A stretch of 64,000 bases of DNA from a virus (lineage: Duplodnaviria > Heunggongvirae > Uroviricota > Caudoviricetes). Location: IMG/VR virus record IMGVR_UViG_3300031420_000399. The stretch is one strand, 5' to 3'. A program made the translations under genes and the position numbers. The notes beneath the pieces were generated by a model. That model did not search any database and was not told the origin of the DNA. It saw only the letters and a program-made list of their open reading frames with translations. The first letter of the stretch is position 1. Each line of letters begins with the position of its first letter. Shown piece after piece: positions 1 through 7,367 of this stretch.

Positions 1-91
1 TCTTCGGATCCGTCGCCGCTTTGTCGTTGGGACAGCAGTCAGATGTTAGAGTCGATCTAGCCCACGAGGGACAGAAGAGAGCTGAACACGG

Positions 92-556
92 ATGGCCCAA
101 GAGATGAGTCGAACCGAAAGGCTCCTAGCGAGCCGGAAGGAGCGCCGCAGAAAGCGCTGGAGCAGGCTCCAGGGCGTGCTCATCCTTCTTCTTGTGATCG
201 TCCTTCCTACGGCGGTTTTCGGCGTAGTTCCTTGGGCCATGGGCACCTACGACAGCAGCCATCACCACACCATCGAATGCTCTGTCACCAAGGTCTATGC
301 TGAATCGACTTCGACTCGCTCTGGCAGGGGTGTAGGAGCCTCGGGTCGTCAGATAGTCTTCGCCACGAGCGACTGTGGAGGTCACATCCTTCTCACCAAT
401 GGAGTCTACTGGGACAATGTGAAGGAGCTCGCCGCCTCACTGAAGCCAGGTCGCTACGAGTTCACTGTCGGAGACTCCGAGTGGAAACTCGCTCCGATCT
501 ACAAGGTCTTCAGGGTCTCCCCATCGGCCCAGAAGTACAGCTACCTGGGCCTCTGA
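92..556 (+). CDS. hypothetical membrane-anchored protein (basic N-terminus, one TM helix, beta-rich domain; DUF3592-like architecture)
   Basis: 154-aa ORF; hydrophobic helix LILLLVIVLPTAVFGVV after an RKERRRKR stretch; high GC3. Confidence 0.5.
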   Translation: MAQEMSRTERLLASRKERRRKRWSRLQGVLILLLVIVLPTAVFGVVPWAMGTYDSSHHHTIECSVTKVYAESTSTRSGRGVGASGRQIVFATSDCGGHILLTNGVYWDNVKELAASLKPGRYEFTVGDSEWKLAPIYKVFRVSPSAQKYSYLGL

Positions 557-642
557 TCCAACAGCTATGCGGAGCTGAGACCCTTGGCCTGTGGCTTTGG
601 TAACTTTACCAAGGGCCTCGACACGCCGATCTCCTACTCGAG

Positions 643-672
643 TTGCGCCTTTTGCTGATGCTGTGATAGAGT
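643..672 (+). promoter_or_regulatory. promoter (family): TTGCGC-18-tgaTAGAGT
   Basis: drives the sRNA-like unit; no ORF follows. Confidence 0.5.
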
Positions 673-686
673 GTTCTTGCAGGCAC

Positions 687-747
687 CTTGAGGTGGCTAC
701 TTTTATTTGGAAAACGATCGCTGTCTCGCCTTCCCTGCACTTGAACG
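687..747 (+). repeat. 60-nt direct repeat copy A (CCTTGAGGTGGCTACT...GTCTCGCCTTCCCTG), about 80 percent identical to copy B
   Basis: 15-nt identical core CTTGAGGTGGCTACT at 687-701 and 955-969, then similar tails. Confidence 0.6.
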
Positions 748-790
748 CCCCGGACTCAGACCATCGAGTCCGGGGCTTCTCCCATTTTCG
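748..790 (+). terminator. intrinsic terminator: 10-bp stem CCCCGGACTC/GAGTCCGGGG, loop agaccatc, tail cttctcccatttt
   Basis: ends the sRNA-like unit. Confidence 0.55.
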
Positions 791-807
791 GGTAGCTGGG
801 GTCTCTC

Positions 808-884
808 ATCAACCCAGGAGGGTTGATAGCGGCTAAATCAACCCAGGAGCGTTGATAGTCTGAGATCAATCTCCTAGCATTGAT
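808..884 (+). promoter_or_regulatory. three adjacent imperfect palindromes with ATCAA...TTGAT half-sites (candidate operator cluster)
   Basis: ATCAACCCaggagGGTTGATAG (808-829), ATCAACCCaggagCGTTGATAG (838-859), ATCAATctcctagcATTGAT (865-884); 25-100 nt upstream of promoter B. Confidence 0.5.
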
Positions 885-908
885 TCGGCCGTAGTCGGCG
901 ATTCCCCA

Positions 909-938
909 TTGACAGCTGCCTGCATCCCATGTTAGGGT
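909..938 (+). promoter_or_regulatory. promoter: TTGACA-18-tgtTAGGGT for the TerD-domain gene
   Basis: perfect -35; extended -10. Confidence 0.55.
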
Positions 939-954
939 GGATTCTGTCAGGCCC

Positions 955-1013
955 CTTGAGGTGGCTACTCACTCCTTATTGAACCCGCCGTCTCGCCTTT
1001 CCTGACCTTAGCT
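955..1013 (+). repeat. 60-nt direct repeat copy B forming the 5' leader of the TerD-domain gene
   Basis: lies between promoter B (909-938) and ATG 1040. Confidence 0.6.
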
Positions 1014-1039
1014 TTTTACCCGAAGGGAAACACCACCAC

Positions 1040-3184
1040 ATGGCTACCATTTCAGCCGCCCTCCGTCAGTCCGCTCTCCGTCGCGGCATCCTCGTCGAGA
1101 ACTTCTCCGGGAACAGCCCCGCCAGTGAGGTCGTGCGCTACGCCGCCGTCCTCGAGCTCGCCAACCTGGGCTTCCTCGTGCAGCCCGGTGACCTCAACGG
1201 CTTCTCGGCGGGCGCTTTGAGCTCCGCCATCGACAGCGCCCGCAAGATCATCGGCGCCGATCGGGACATGACCCCGATCTACCCGGGCTTCCCGAAGCAG
1301 GTCGAGGAGCTCTCCACGCTGCAGCTCCTCATGGAGCAGATCCTCCACTACTGGACTGCAGGCGCCTTCCTTCCGAACCACCCCGCAGAGGTCCGCGAGG
1401 GGCTGCCGCTGGAGGACATGCTGCGCAGTGGCCGGAAGCTCCAGCTCCTGTCCGCGGATGTCGCCCTGGAGCGACTCCTCAGCGAGCTCGTCAAGGCTCC
1501 CGTTGCGCTCTCCTCGGATGACCGGGAGCTCCTCACCGAGCTCACCAAGGCGGTCTACGGCGAGAACTTCCACCGGACCATCAGTACCTCTGACCTCGTG
1601 CGCAGCTCCACCAACGGTGAGAACATCCAGGTCTTCGCCGAGGCACTCCGGGATCATGCCAGCACGCTTGTCCACAGCCGGGATGACTACTTCTCTGCGC
1701 TGACCTTCGGTGTCCGCAACAGCGATCACCTCCTGCGGCTGATCCTGTCCTTCTACGGCGCTCCCGCAGCAGACCGCTGGGTCGAGAACTACGAGCTCGC
1801 CGTGGGCACTCTGGCCGACCGGCACTTCCGGGCAGTTCGTTTCTCGAGCGTTCCTCGCTACCAGCGTCAGCTCATCGTGGACGCCCTGGGTAAGCTCACC
1901 GAGGGTTACCGGGCCGACCGGCTCGTGACCCGTCAGAACCTCTGGCGCCGCGTCTTCAAGGGCCTCCACCCCTACGACCTGAAGCTCACGGTTGAGTCGA
2001 AGCGGGCTCTGGACATCGTCCACAGCAACATCGACTACCGGACCCTGAACTCGACCATCGAGCAGGCCCTGGAGGACCGGAAGGTCTCCGAGGCCGTAGA
2101 GCTCCTCGCTGAGCACCAGCCGGGTAATCTCCTCCGGCGCCTCGTGGCCATCCTTCGGCTCACCAAGAAGAAGGCAGACGCCAAGGTCCTCGCGAAGCGA
2201 GTTGCTGAGGTCGGCTCCAGGGCTACGCTCTCCACGCTGATCTCCTCCTACAACGGCGTCCTCGGCGCCAACGATGAGCACGCTCGGGTGAACCGGGTTG
2301 CGGGGCTCAACAACACGATGCTCGATCGAGGTGCCGTCGAGAAGATCGACGCGAACTTCCAGGCTGAGGTCCTCGAGGCTCTGGACCAGGCAATCATCGC
2401 TGCCCTCAAGGCAAAGGGAGCTCCTGTTGCGCCCGTAGGTGTCCTGGGAGACGCATCTGTGCCCCTGGTTCGCCGGGATGCTGCGAGCTCGGATCGAATC
2501 CTCGACCGGGGCGCTGAGCTCGGCCTCGTGGGTGAGGGCGATGTGCTCCGGCTCTTCGGCCACTGGAACAACAACATGGACCAGGGAAGCTACATGGACA
2601 TCGGAGCCGTCGTCCTCGACGAGGACTTCAACGAGATCTCCGTGAGCACCTGGAACTCCTGGAACTACGCCCGGAACTGGAGCACCTACTCCGGCGACAA
2701 GCTGGTCTACCCCGGAGACTCGGCAGCTGAGTTCGTGGATGTGAAGATCGAGGCGCTCAAGCAGAACCTCAAGGGTGCTCGCTGGGTAGCCATGACCGTG
2801 CAGTCCTGGGCCGGTTGGCCCATGGCAGATGTGGACTTCATCGCTGGAGCCATGCTCCGGCAGAAGGCCGGCGATCAGAAGGGTGAGGTCTTTGACGCTC
2901 GCTCCGTGACCACCGCCTTCAAGCCCACCACGAAGTCCACGCAGTCCGTGCCCTTCGCCGTGAACCTGGAGACGGGTAAGATCGTCTGGCTCGACTCTTC
3001 CAACGGTTCCACGGGTTCGGGTAACTCTGCCTCCAACGATGGCACTGTCGGCTCCATCGTCTACGACGAGGCTGCCCGGCCGAAGCTCTCCATGGGGCGC
3101 CTCGCCGAGCTCTGGGCCTCCGCCCACGGTGTCGAGACGGTTCAGGAGCCCGTAGACCGAGACGCAATCCTCGGACTTCTGTAG
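1040..3184 (+). CDS. large protein with C-terminal TerD-like domain (N-terminal 500 aa unassigned)
   Basis: 714-aa ORF; C-terminal block (LFGHWNNN, DIGAVVLDEDFNEI, YSGDKLVYPGDSAAEFVDVKIEAL, ARWVAMTVQSW) follows the TerD motif order; promoter 909-938 upstream. Confidence 0.7.
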   Translation: MATISAALRQSALRRGILVENFSGNSPASEVVRYAAVLELANLGFLVQPGDLNGFSAGALSSAIDSARKIIGADRDMTPIYPGFPKQVEELSTLQLLMEQILHYWTAGAFLPNHPAEVREGLPLEDMLRSGRKLQLLSADVALERLLSELVKAPVALSSDDRELLTELTKAVYGENFHRTISTSDLVRSSTNGENIQVFAEALRDHASTLVHSRDDYFSALTFGVRNSDHLLRLILSFYGAPAADRWVENYELAVGTLADRHFRAVRFSSVPRYQRQLIVDALGKLTEGYRADRLVTRQNLWRRVFKGLHPYDLKLTVESKRALDIVHSNIDYRTLNSTIEQALEDRKVSEAVELLAEHQPGNLLRRLVAILRLTKKKADAKVLAKRVAEVGSRATLSTLISSYNGVLGANDEHARVNRVAGLNNTMLDRGAVEKIDANFQAEVLEALDQAIIAALKAKGAPVAPVGVLGDASVPLVRRDAASSDRILDRGAELGLVGEGDVLRLFGHWNNNMDQGSYMDIGAVVLDEDFNEISVSTWNSWNYARNWSTYSGDKLVYPGDSAAEFVDVKIEALKQNLKGARWVAMTVQSWAGWPMADVDFIAGAMLRQKAGDQKGEVFDARSVTTAFKPTTKSTQSVPFAVNLETGKIVWLDSSNGSTGSGNSASNDGTVGSIVYDEAARPKLSMGRLAELWASAHGVETVQEPVDRDAILGLL

Positions 3185-3188
3185 GATC

Positions 3189-3225
3189 AGGCCGGCGGCA
3201 AACTGAAGTCAGCTGCCGCCGGCCT
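3189..3225 (+). terminator. 12-bp perfect hairpin AGGCCGGCGGCA/TGCCGCCGGCCT (no U-tract) after the TerD-domain gene
   Basis: inverted repeat. Confidence 0.4.
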
Positions 3226-3237
3226 CACAGTCCTACC

Positions 3238-3819
3238 ATGGCCATCACCGAAGACCTAGGGAAAGCTACCACTATGACCGTTCGACAGTCACTGCGCTTC
3301 AGCACCGTTCTCGGGGATTGGTCCGACGATGGCCACGGAAAGACTCGTACGGTCGAGGTCGAGGTCTTCACTGATGACGACTCCGTGGAGCTCACAGCTG
3401 ATCTCATCCAGGAGAACTACGCTGCCAACGCTGCCAGGCTCGGCTTCAGCCTCGGTGCGCTATGGGAGGAATACGAGCAGTCCTCGATCTTCGCAGCGCA
3501 TGCTCAGGCAATTCAGCGGGAGCTCGGCGCGCTCTACTATGGGGACAGCTCCCTCATCGCGAAGCACCCAGATGTGGCTATCTTCAACATCGAAGAGCTC
3601 CCCAAGGGTACGAAGTTCGGCTTCGGTGCATTCCATCTTCAAGAAGGGTGGAACGGCGACTTTGCCCTCGACGAGGAGCTCAATCTGGTGCTCTTCATCA
3701 TCCTGCAGGGAATTGCGAGAGTCGGCTGGAAGAAAGTCGATCCTGCGCCTCTCCTCTTTGGCGGTTACAGCGCTCTCGTGGAGCCCCGTCAACATGTGGG
3801 CTACGGGCTGTTCTACTGA
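3238..3819 (+). CDS. hypothetical protein (193 aa)
   Basis: ORF follows the hairpin at 3189-3225; overlapping alternative-frame ORFs are low-complexity. Confidence 0.55.
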   Translation: MAITEDLGKATTMTVRQSLRFSTVLGDWSDDGHGKTRTVEVEVFTDDDSVELTADLIQENYAANAARLGFSLGALWEEYEQSSIFAAHAQAIQRELGALYYGDSSLIAKHPDVAIFNIEELPKGTKFGFGAFHLQEGWNGDFALDEELNLVLFIILQGIARVGWKKVDPAPLLFGGYSALVEPRQHVGYGLFY

Positions 3820-4178
3820 TGGGCATCACAGAAGAGCAGATTGCTGAGGCCGTCAGAGGCCATGTGCACTACAGCTTCCTAGAGATTGCGAGCAACCTTG
3901 CCACCATTCTCACAGGTATAGTCGCGCTTTTCGCACCTCTAGCGCTGATCATCGGATTCGGCGCCCTCATGGTCTACCTGATTTCACCTCAGAGGGGACT
4001 CCTCCCTCTATTCTTCACCACCCTGATCGGCTCAGCACTACTCTACGGTGTGCTCCTCCTCGGAGCCCTCGGCTCCCTGGGGCTCTGGTGCGGCCTTGGA
4101 CTCTTGGCAGCGAGCTACCCGATCCTCAAGCGCATCGCCCGTCGCCGGGCAGAGAGAAGGATCACCGCTTCTGCATGA
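3819..4178 (+). CDS. small membrane protein (about 119 aa, 3 predicted TM helices)
   Basis: ATG overlaps upstream stop (TGATG); hydrophobic segments LATILTGIVALFAPLALIIGFGALMVYLI and SALLYGVLLLGALGSLGLWCGLGLLAA. Confidence 0.5.
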   Translation: MGITEEQIAEAVRGHVHYSFLEIASNLATILTGIVALFAPLALIIGFGALMVYLISPQRGLLPLFFTTLIGSALLYGVLLLGALGSLGLWCGLGLLAASYPILKRIARRRAERRITASA

Positions 4179-4185
4179 GTGGTGG

Positions 4186-4213
4186 TTGCGGATTTCTGGC
4201 TTCCATGTAGGAT
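4186..4213 (+). promoter_or_regulatory. promoter: TTGCGG-16-tgTAGGAT, leaderless ATG 4221
   Basis: 7 nt from -10 to ATG. Confidence 0.6.
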
Positions 4214-4220
4214 CGGATCC

Positions 4221-4619
4221 ATGGAACAGATCGAAGCATTCCTCGAGGGCCTTCTGGGTTCCCTGAGCTCAGTCCCCGGCCTTGAGGCTGCTGGCTCCGT
4301 CGCGCTCTTTCTCACCGCTGCTGTTGCGCTGATTTCCAAGCTGGCTATCTACGCAGTTCCCGTCTACATCTTCGGGAAGATGATGCGCCGGCCGAAGTTC
4401 GAGCCCCGGAAGATCATCACGGTCATCCTGTTAGGAGCTGTCACTCCCGTGGTCTTCGGCTTCCTCGCACAGCTCGGCCCCTACATCAACTTCGGCTTCT
4501 GGTCCGGAGCGCTCGTCGGCACTCCCTGGTACTACTTCTTCTTCCGGCCCCGGCTCATTCGTCGCTACGCTAAGCGCGCTGCTCGCAGTGCCGGCCGTAC
4601 TGTTGCGAAGCTTCGCTGA
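4221..4619 (+). CDS. membrane protein (132 aa)
   Basis: ATG 7 nt after -10 TAGGAT (4208-4213), implying a leaderless start; multiple hydrophobic helices. Confidence 0.55.
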   Translation: MEQIEAFLEGLLGSLSSVPGLEAAGSVALFLTAAVALISKLAIYAVPVYIFGKMMRRPKFEPRKIITVILLGAVTPVVFGFLAQLGPYINFGFWSGALVGTPWYYFFFRPRLIRRYAKRAARSAGRTVAKLR

Positions 4620-4631
4620 TCGGTGTAAGGT
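4603..4631 (+). promoter_or_regulatory. promoter: TTGCGA-17-tgTAAGGT, leaderless ATG 4638
   Basis: -35 lies inside the 3' end of the upstream gene. Confidence 0.55.
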
Positions 4632-4637
4632 CAAACC

Positions 4638-5117
4638 ATGAACAGCTTCCAGTACCCCGCCGCAGTGGCAGGCCGCGCAGAGCTCCTCAAGTTCTCCTAT
4701 GTGGCCCTCGCCATCGGTGCAGCTGAGCTCGCCCCCGAGCTCGCGGCCCTGGAGTCCATCCTCGGCGATGACTACGAAGAGCTGACCCGCAACCGACGGC
4801 TTCGGGACGGTGGCTCCGACTTTCACGCCACCATCGTGCTCCCCAAGGAGTTCAGGACGCTCCGCAAGAGCGCATCTGGTGGTCGCATCGAGATCCCTTC
4901 GAAGGAGCTCGAACTGGAGATCCTCGGCATCGGCACCGCAATTAGCGAGGCGTCCCAGACCTGGTTCGCCATCGCCCGCTCTGAGGCCGTTGTTGCCTAC
5001 CGGAAGCGCCTGGGGCTCCCCTCCCACGATCTCCACATCACCCTGGCCTTCGAGGCCGCAGGCGATGTCCATGGTGTCCCCAAGGATGCCAGCACCCTTC
5101 TGACCACCACCCGCTAG
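4638..5117 (+). CDS. hypothetical protein (159 aa)
   Basis: leaderless ATG 6 nt after tgTAAGGT (4626-4631). Confidence 0.6.
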   Translation: MNSFQYPAAVAGRAELLKFSYVALAIGAAELAPELAALESILGDDYEELTRNRRLRDGGSDFHATIVLPKEFRTLRKSASGGRIEIPSKELELEILGIGTAISEASQTWFAIARSEAVVAYRKRLGLPSHDLHITLAFEAAGDVHGVPKDASTLLTTTR

Positions 5118-5136
5118 TAGAGAGACACCACCTCCC

Positions 5137-5415
5137 ATGGCTGAGAACACCGCAACCACCGAATCCGCTGAGATCGACGCAGCCGTCGAGCTCCGTCCGA
5201 TCACCAAGGAAGCCCGAGAGCGCCTGGAGAAAGGTCTCTACGACTACCTCGGCGAGGAGATCTACACCTGTGGTCGAGTCCATGAGGCCTGGAGCTTTGG
5301 GACCATGGGTCTCGATGACTTCTCTCTGGCCCGGGAGGACGACGATGTGCTCGACAGCCTCGTGGAGGTCGCCCTGGAGGCTCTGGGCTTCGATCCCCAG
5401 TCGGGCCGCGAGTAG
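5137..5415 (+). CDS. hypothetical acidic protein (92 aa)
   Basis: ORF starts 16 nt after the upstream stop; probably co-transcribed. Confidence 0.45.
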   Translation: MAENTATTESAEIDAAVELRPITKEARERLEKGLYDYLGEEIYTCGRVHEAWSFGTMGLDDFSLAREDDDVLDSLVEVALEALGFDPQSGRE

Positions 5416-5466
5416 GAACTTCGACCTTCAGCTCCAGTACCGAGCGCAGCTCTTCCTTCGGAGTGG

Positions 5467-5496
5467 TTGCGCTTTCGTGCTCCATGGATGTAGGAT
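5467..5496 (+). promoter_or_regulatory. promoter: TTGCGC-18-tgTAGGAT, leaderless ATG 5503
   Basis: 6 nt gap. Confidence 0.6.
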
Positions 5497-5502
5497 TCTC
5501 CC

Positions 5503-6213
5503 ATGACCAACAAGCGCATCCGCAGCACAAAGCGAACCATCGACAAGCTCGGCGTTGCCTTCGCCTCGATCATGGTGATCGGCCTCGTTCTCAGTGGCTG
5601 TTCCATGGAGAACGGCGGAGACGCCAAGTCCACTGCCACCACCGATGTCGCGGACTCCCAGTCGGTGCTCAAGAAGCTCGAATCTGCTGACATCATCGAG
5701 GCAAAGAAGGCAGTCTTCAGCTTCGGAGACAAGTGGACGATCACTGCTGACGGCGAGGAGATCGGCGAGATCAAGGGTCAGCCGATTTACTCCATCGGTG
5801 ATACCTACTCCCTGTTCTCTCCGGCCGGTAACCTCGTTGCCAGTGAGGCGGAGGGCTTCCGGGTTGTCAACCACAGCGCGGGGCTTTACGACTACAACAA
5901 CAAGAAGCGCGGTGAGATCCAGGAGCAGTTCTCCATGTTCCTCGCTGAGTACAAGATCAAGGACGCCGAGGACAAGACCGTCGGCACGGCGAAGCAGAAG
6001 TTCAGCCTCACCATGAACTTCGACCTCGAGGGCAAGCATGGGGACGCCGAGTACACGATCTCCAAGGCCGCCTTCTCCATGGGTTCCAAGGTCACCATCG
6101 AGGCCCAGAGCAAGGATCGCTCGGTGGATGCTGTGGATGCACTCTGGCTCGCAGTGATCGCCTCTGAGGTAGAGGACGCCAAGAGCGACGACAGCAACAA
6201 GAAAAACCGCTAG
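5503..6213 (+). CDS. lipoprotein (236 aa)
   Basis: signal peptide ending in lipobox LSGC; leaderless ATG 6 nt after tgTAGGAT (5491-5496). Confidence 0.65.
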   Translation: MTNKRIRSTKRTIDKLGVAFASIMVIGLVLSGCSMENGGDAKSTATTDVADSQSVLKKLESADIIEAKKAVFSFGDKWTITADGEEIGEIKGQPIYSIGDTYSLFSPAGNLVASEAEGFRVVNHSAGLYDYNNKKRGEIQEQFSMFLAEYKIKDAEDKTVGTAKQKFSLTMNFDLEGKHGDAEYTISKAAFSMGSKVTIEAQSKDRSVDAVDALWLAVIASEVEDAKSDDSNKKNR

Positions 6214-6237
6214 CTCGAAGCGACTTCTTCAGTTCGG

Positions 6238-6266
6238 TTGACAGCTCCACACTCTGGGCATAGGAT
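6238..6266 (+). promoter_or_regulatory. promoter: TTGACA-17-TAGGAT, leadered (ATG 6311)
   Basis: consensus hexamers. Confidence 0.55.
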
Positions 6267-6310
6267 CATTCCACACCACATCTTCACCGCAGACTGAAAG
6301 CAGGTTTCCC

Positions 6311-6769
6311 ATGGACATGGACCTCAGCAAGCTCAACCCCGTCGGCTTCACGGACCACGGCAATCCGGACCCGGAGTACCACTTCGACGGGATCCGCCAG
6401 GACCTCCCGGAGTTCCAGGTCGAGACCTCGGAGATCGCCCGGGAGATCGTCGGGCTCTTCGGTCAGGCTGTCGAGAACGGTTCGCCCGTTGCTGTCGCCG
6501 CCGGTCAGGCCTACAGCCGCAACGCCATCCTCTGCGTCAACCCTATCGGCACCACGGCCCGCAACACGGCCTATGGTCGGGCCAACGATGATCTGCTCCT
6601 GCAGGTCACCGTCCGCGTGGACTACCGGGACGCCAAGGGCTTCCTCGACGGCGTCGAGGGTCGCCGGCTCGAGGCTGCCAAGATCCTCGCAGAGCTGGAG
6701 ATCGCGGAGCTCGAGCGCCGGCGTGACGAAGCGACTGCTCGACTCGAGGAGCTCAAGGGTCGGAGCTGA
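6311..6769 (+). CDS. hypothetical protein with C-terminal coiled coil (152 aa)
   Basis: ORF after the TTGACA/TAGGAT promoter (6238-6266); strong terminator 6789-6830 downstream. Confidence 0.6.
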   Translation: MDMDLSKLNPVGFTDHGNPDPEYHFDGIRQDLPEFQVETSEIAREIVGLFGQAVENGSPVAVAAGQAYSRNAILCVNPIGTTARNTAYGRANDDLLLQVTVRVDYRDAKGFLDGVEGRRLEAAKILAELEIAELERRRDEATARLEELKGRS

Positions 6770-6788
6770 GGGCCAACTTCCCCTCTAG

Positions 6789-6830
6789 AAGCAGTGCTTT
6801 CGCAACACGATGCGAAAGCACTGCTTTCCT
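6789..6830 (+). terminator. terminator: 16-bp perfect stem AAGCAGTGCTTTCGCA/TGCGAAAGCACTGCTT, loop acacga
   Basis: after gene 6311-6769. Confidence 0.6.
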
Positions 6831-6861
6831 CATGATGGGCCAAGGAGTGGCCGAAATCACA

Positions 6862-6900
6862 GCCTAGAGATCAACAGCTGTCGACCCTCTAGCCTGCGCG
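6862..6900 (+). repeat. hairpin-family element e1: GCCTAGAG-loop-CTCTAGCC-TGCGCG
   Basis: shares GCTAGAG/CTCTAGC arms, a CAGCTG-containing loop and a TGCGCG flank with 29737-29775 and 51522-51564. Confidence 0.45.
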
Positions 6901-6979
6901 CTCAGCTTCGTCAGCAGCGACTTTCAGGGCCGGTGGATTCCTCCGATTCGGAGGCTCAGCTTCGACCTTAGGAGCTGAG

Positions 6980-7008
6980 TTGCCAAAGCTGCCCTTTGGG
7001 AGTATAGT
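6980..7008 (+). promoter_or_regulatory. promoter: TTGCCA-17-TATAGT (ATG 7047)
   Basis: spacing and hexamers. Confidence 0.5.
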
Positions 7009-7046
7009 TGTCCCCAACACCACTCTCTCCCCCAGAAAGATTCCCC

Positions 7047-7367
7047 ATGGTATTCAATCAGGCTCCGAAGGCTCCTGTCGGCTTCAGTGCTGGAGCTCCA
7101 GCCTTCCGGCCCGGCGTGGTCATCCTCGCAGTGATCTTCGTTTTGCTGCTAGCTGGCGGCATCCTGACGGGGCTTAAGTTCCAGTCCATCAACGCCGAAC
7201 AGGAAGCTCAGCTCAGAGAAGCCCAGAGCGCAGAAACTGCTCAAAAGGCCCAGCAGGACTCTGAGATCATCGGGCTTCGGGACGCCGATCAGAAGCTCGC
7301 AGAAGCCCGGGATAAGAACCGAGACATCGAGCAGCGGCTCACCAACCAGGACGGATTCCTCAAGTGA
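7047..7367 (+). CDS. membrane-anchored coiled-coil protein (106 aa)
   Basis: ATG 7047 in frame with track ORF 7008; the track's TTG start lies inside the -10 TATAGT (7003-7008). Confidence 0.5.
   Translation: MVFNQAPKAPVGFSAGAPAFRPGVVILAVIFVLLLAGGILTGLKFQSINAEQEAQLREAQSAETAQKAQQDSEIIGLRDADQKLAEARDKNRDIEQRLTNQDGFLK

Larger units (their letters stand above)
679..790 (+). ncRNA. candidate small RNA (about 110 nt): promoter A, 60-nt module shared with the TerD-gene leader, intrinsic terminator
   Basis: TTGCGC(643-648)-18-tgaTAGAGT(667-672); transcript would contain 687-747 (copy of 955-1013) and end at hairpin CCCCGGACTC/GAGTCCGGGG plus cttctcccatttt. Confidence 0.35.

Noticed and set aside
591-836. 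81-aa + ORF in the first intergenic region
   Set aside because: Spans the predicted sRNA, its terminator hairpin and the palindrome cluster. It has no ribosome-binding site and no coding-like composition.
1052-3127. 691-aa minus-strand ORF antisense to the TerD-domain gene
   Set aside because: Low-complexity Gly/Val/Asp/Glu-rich translation typical of antisense frames in high-GC coding DNA. The plus-strand gene has a promoter, a recognisable domain and coherent codon usage.
4431-5207. 258-aa minus-strand ORF
   Set aside because: Overlaps three plus-strand genes that have promoters. Its translation is Gly/Ala/Glu-rich and low complexity.
7008-7046. ORF-track start codons at 7008, 12310, 44495 and 61103
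   Set aside because: These TTG/ATG triplets lie inside the -35 or -10 hexamers of family promoters. In-frame downstream starts (7047, 12379, 44549, 61115) fit the leaderless or Shine-Dalgarno pattern, so the gene starts were moved.
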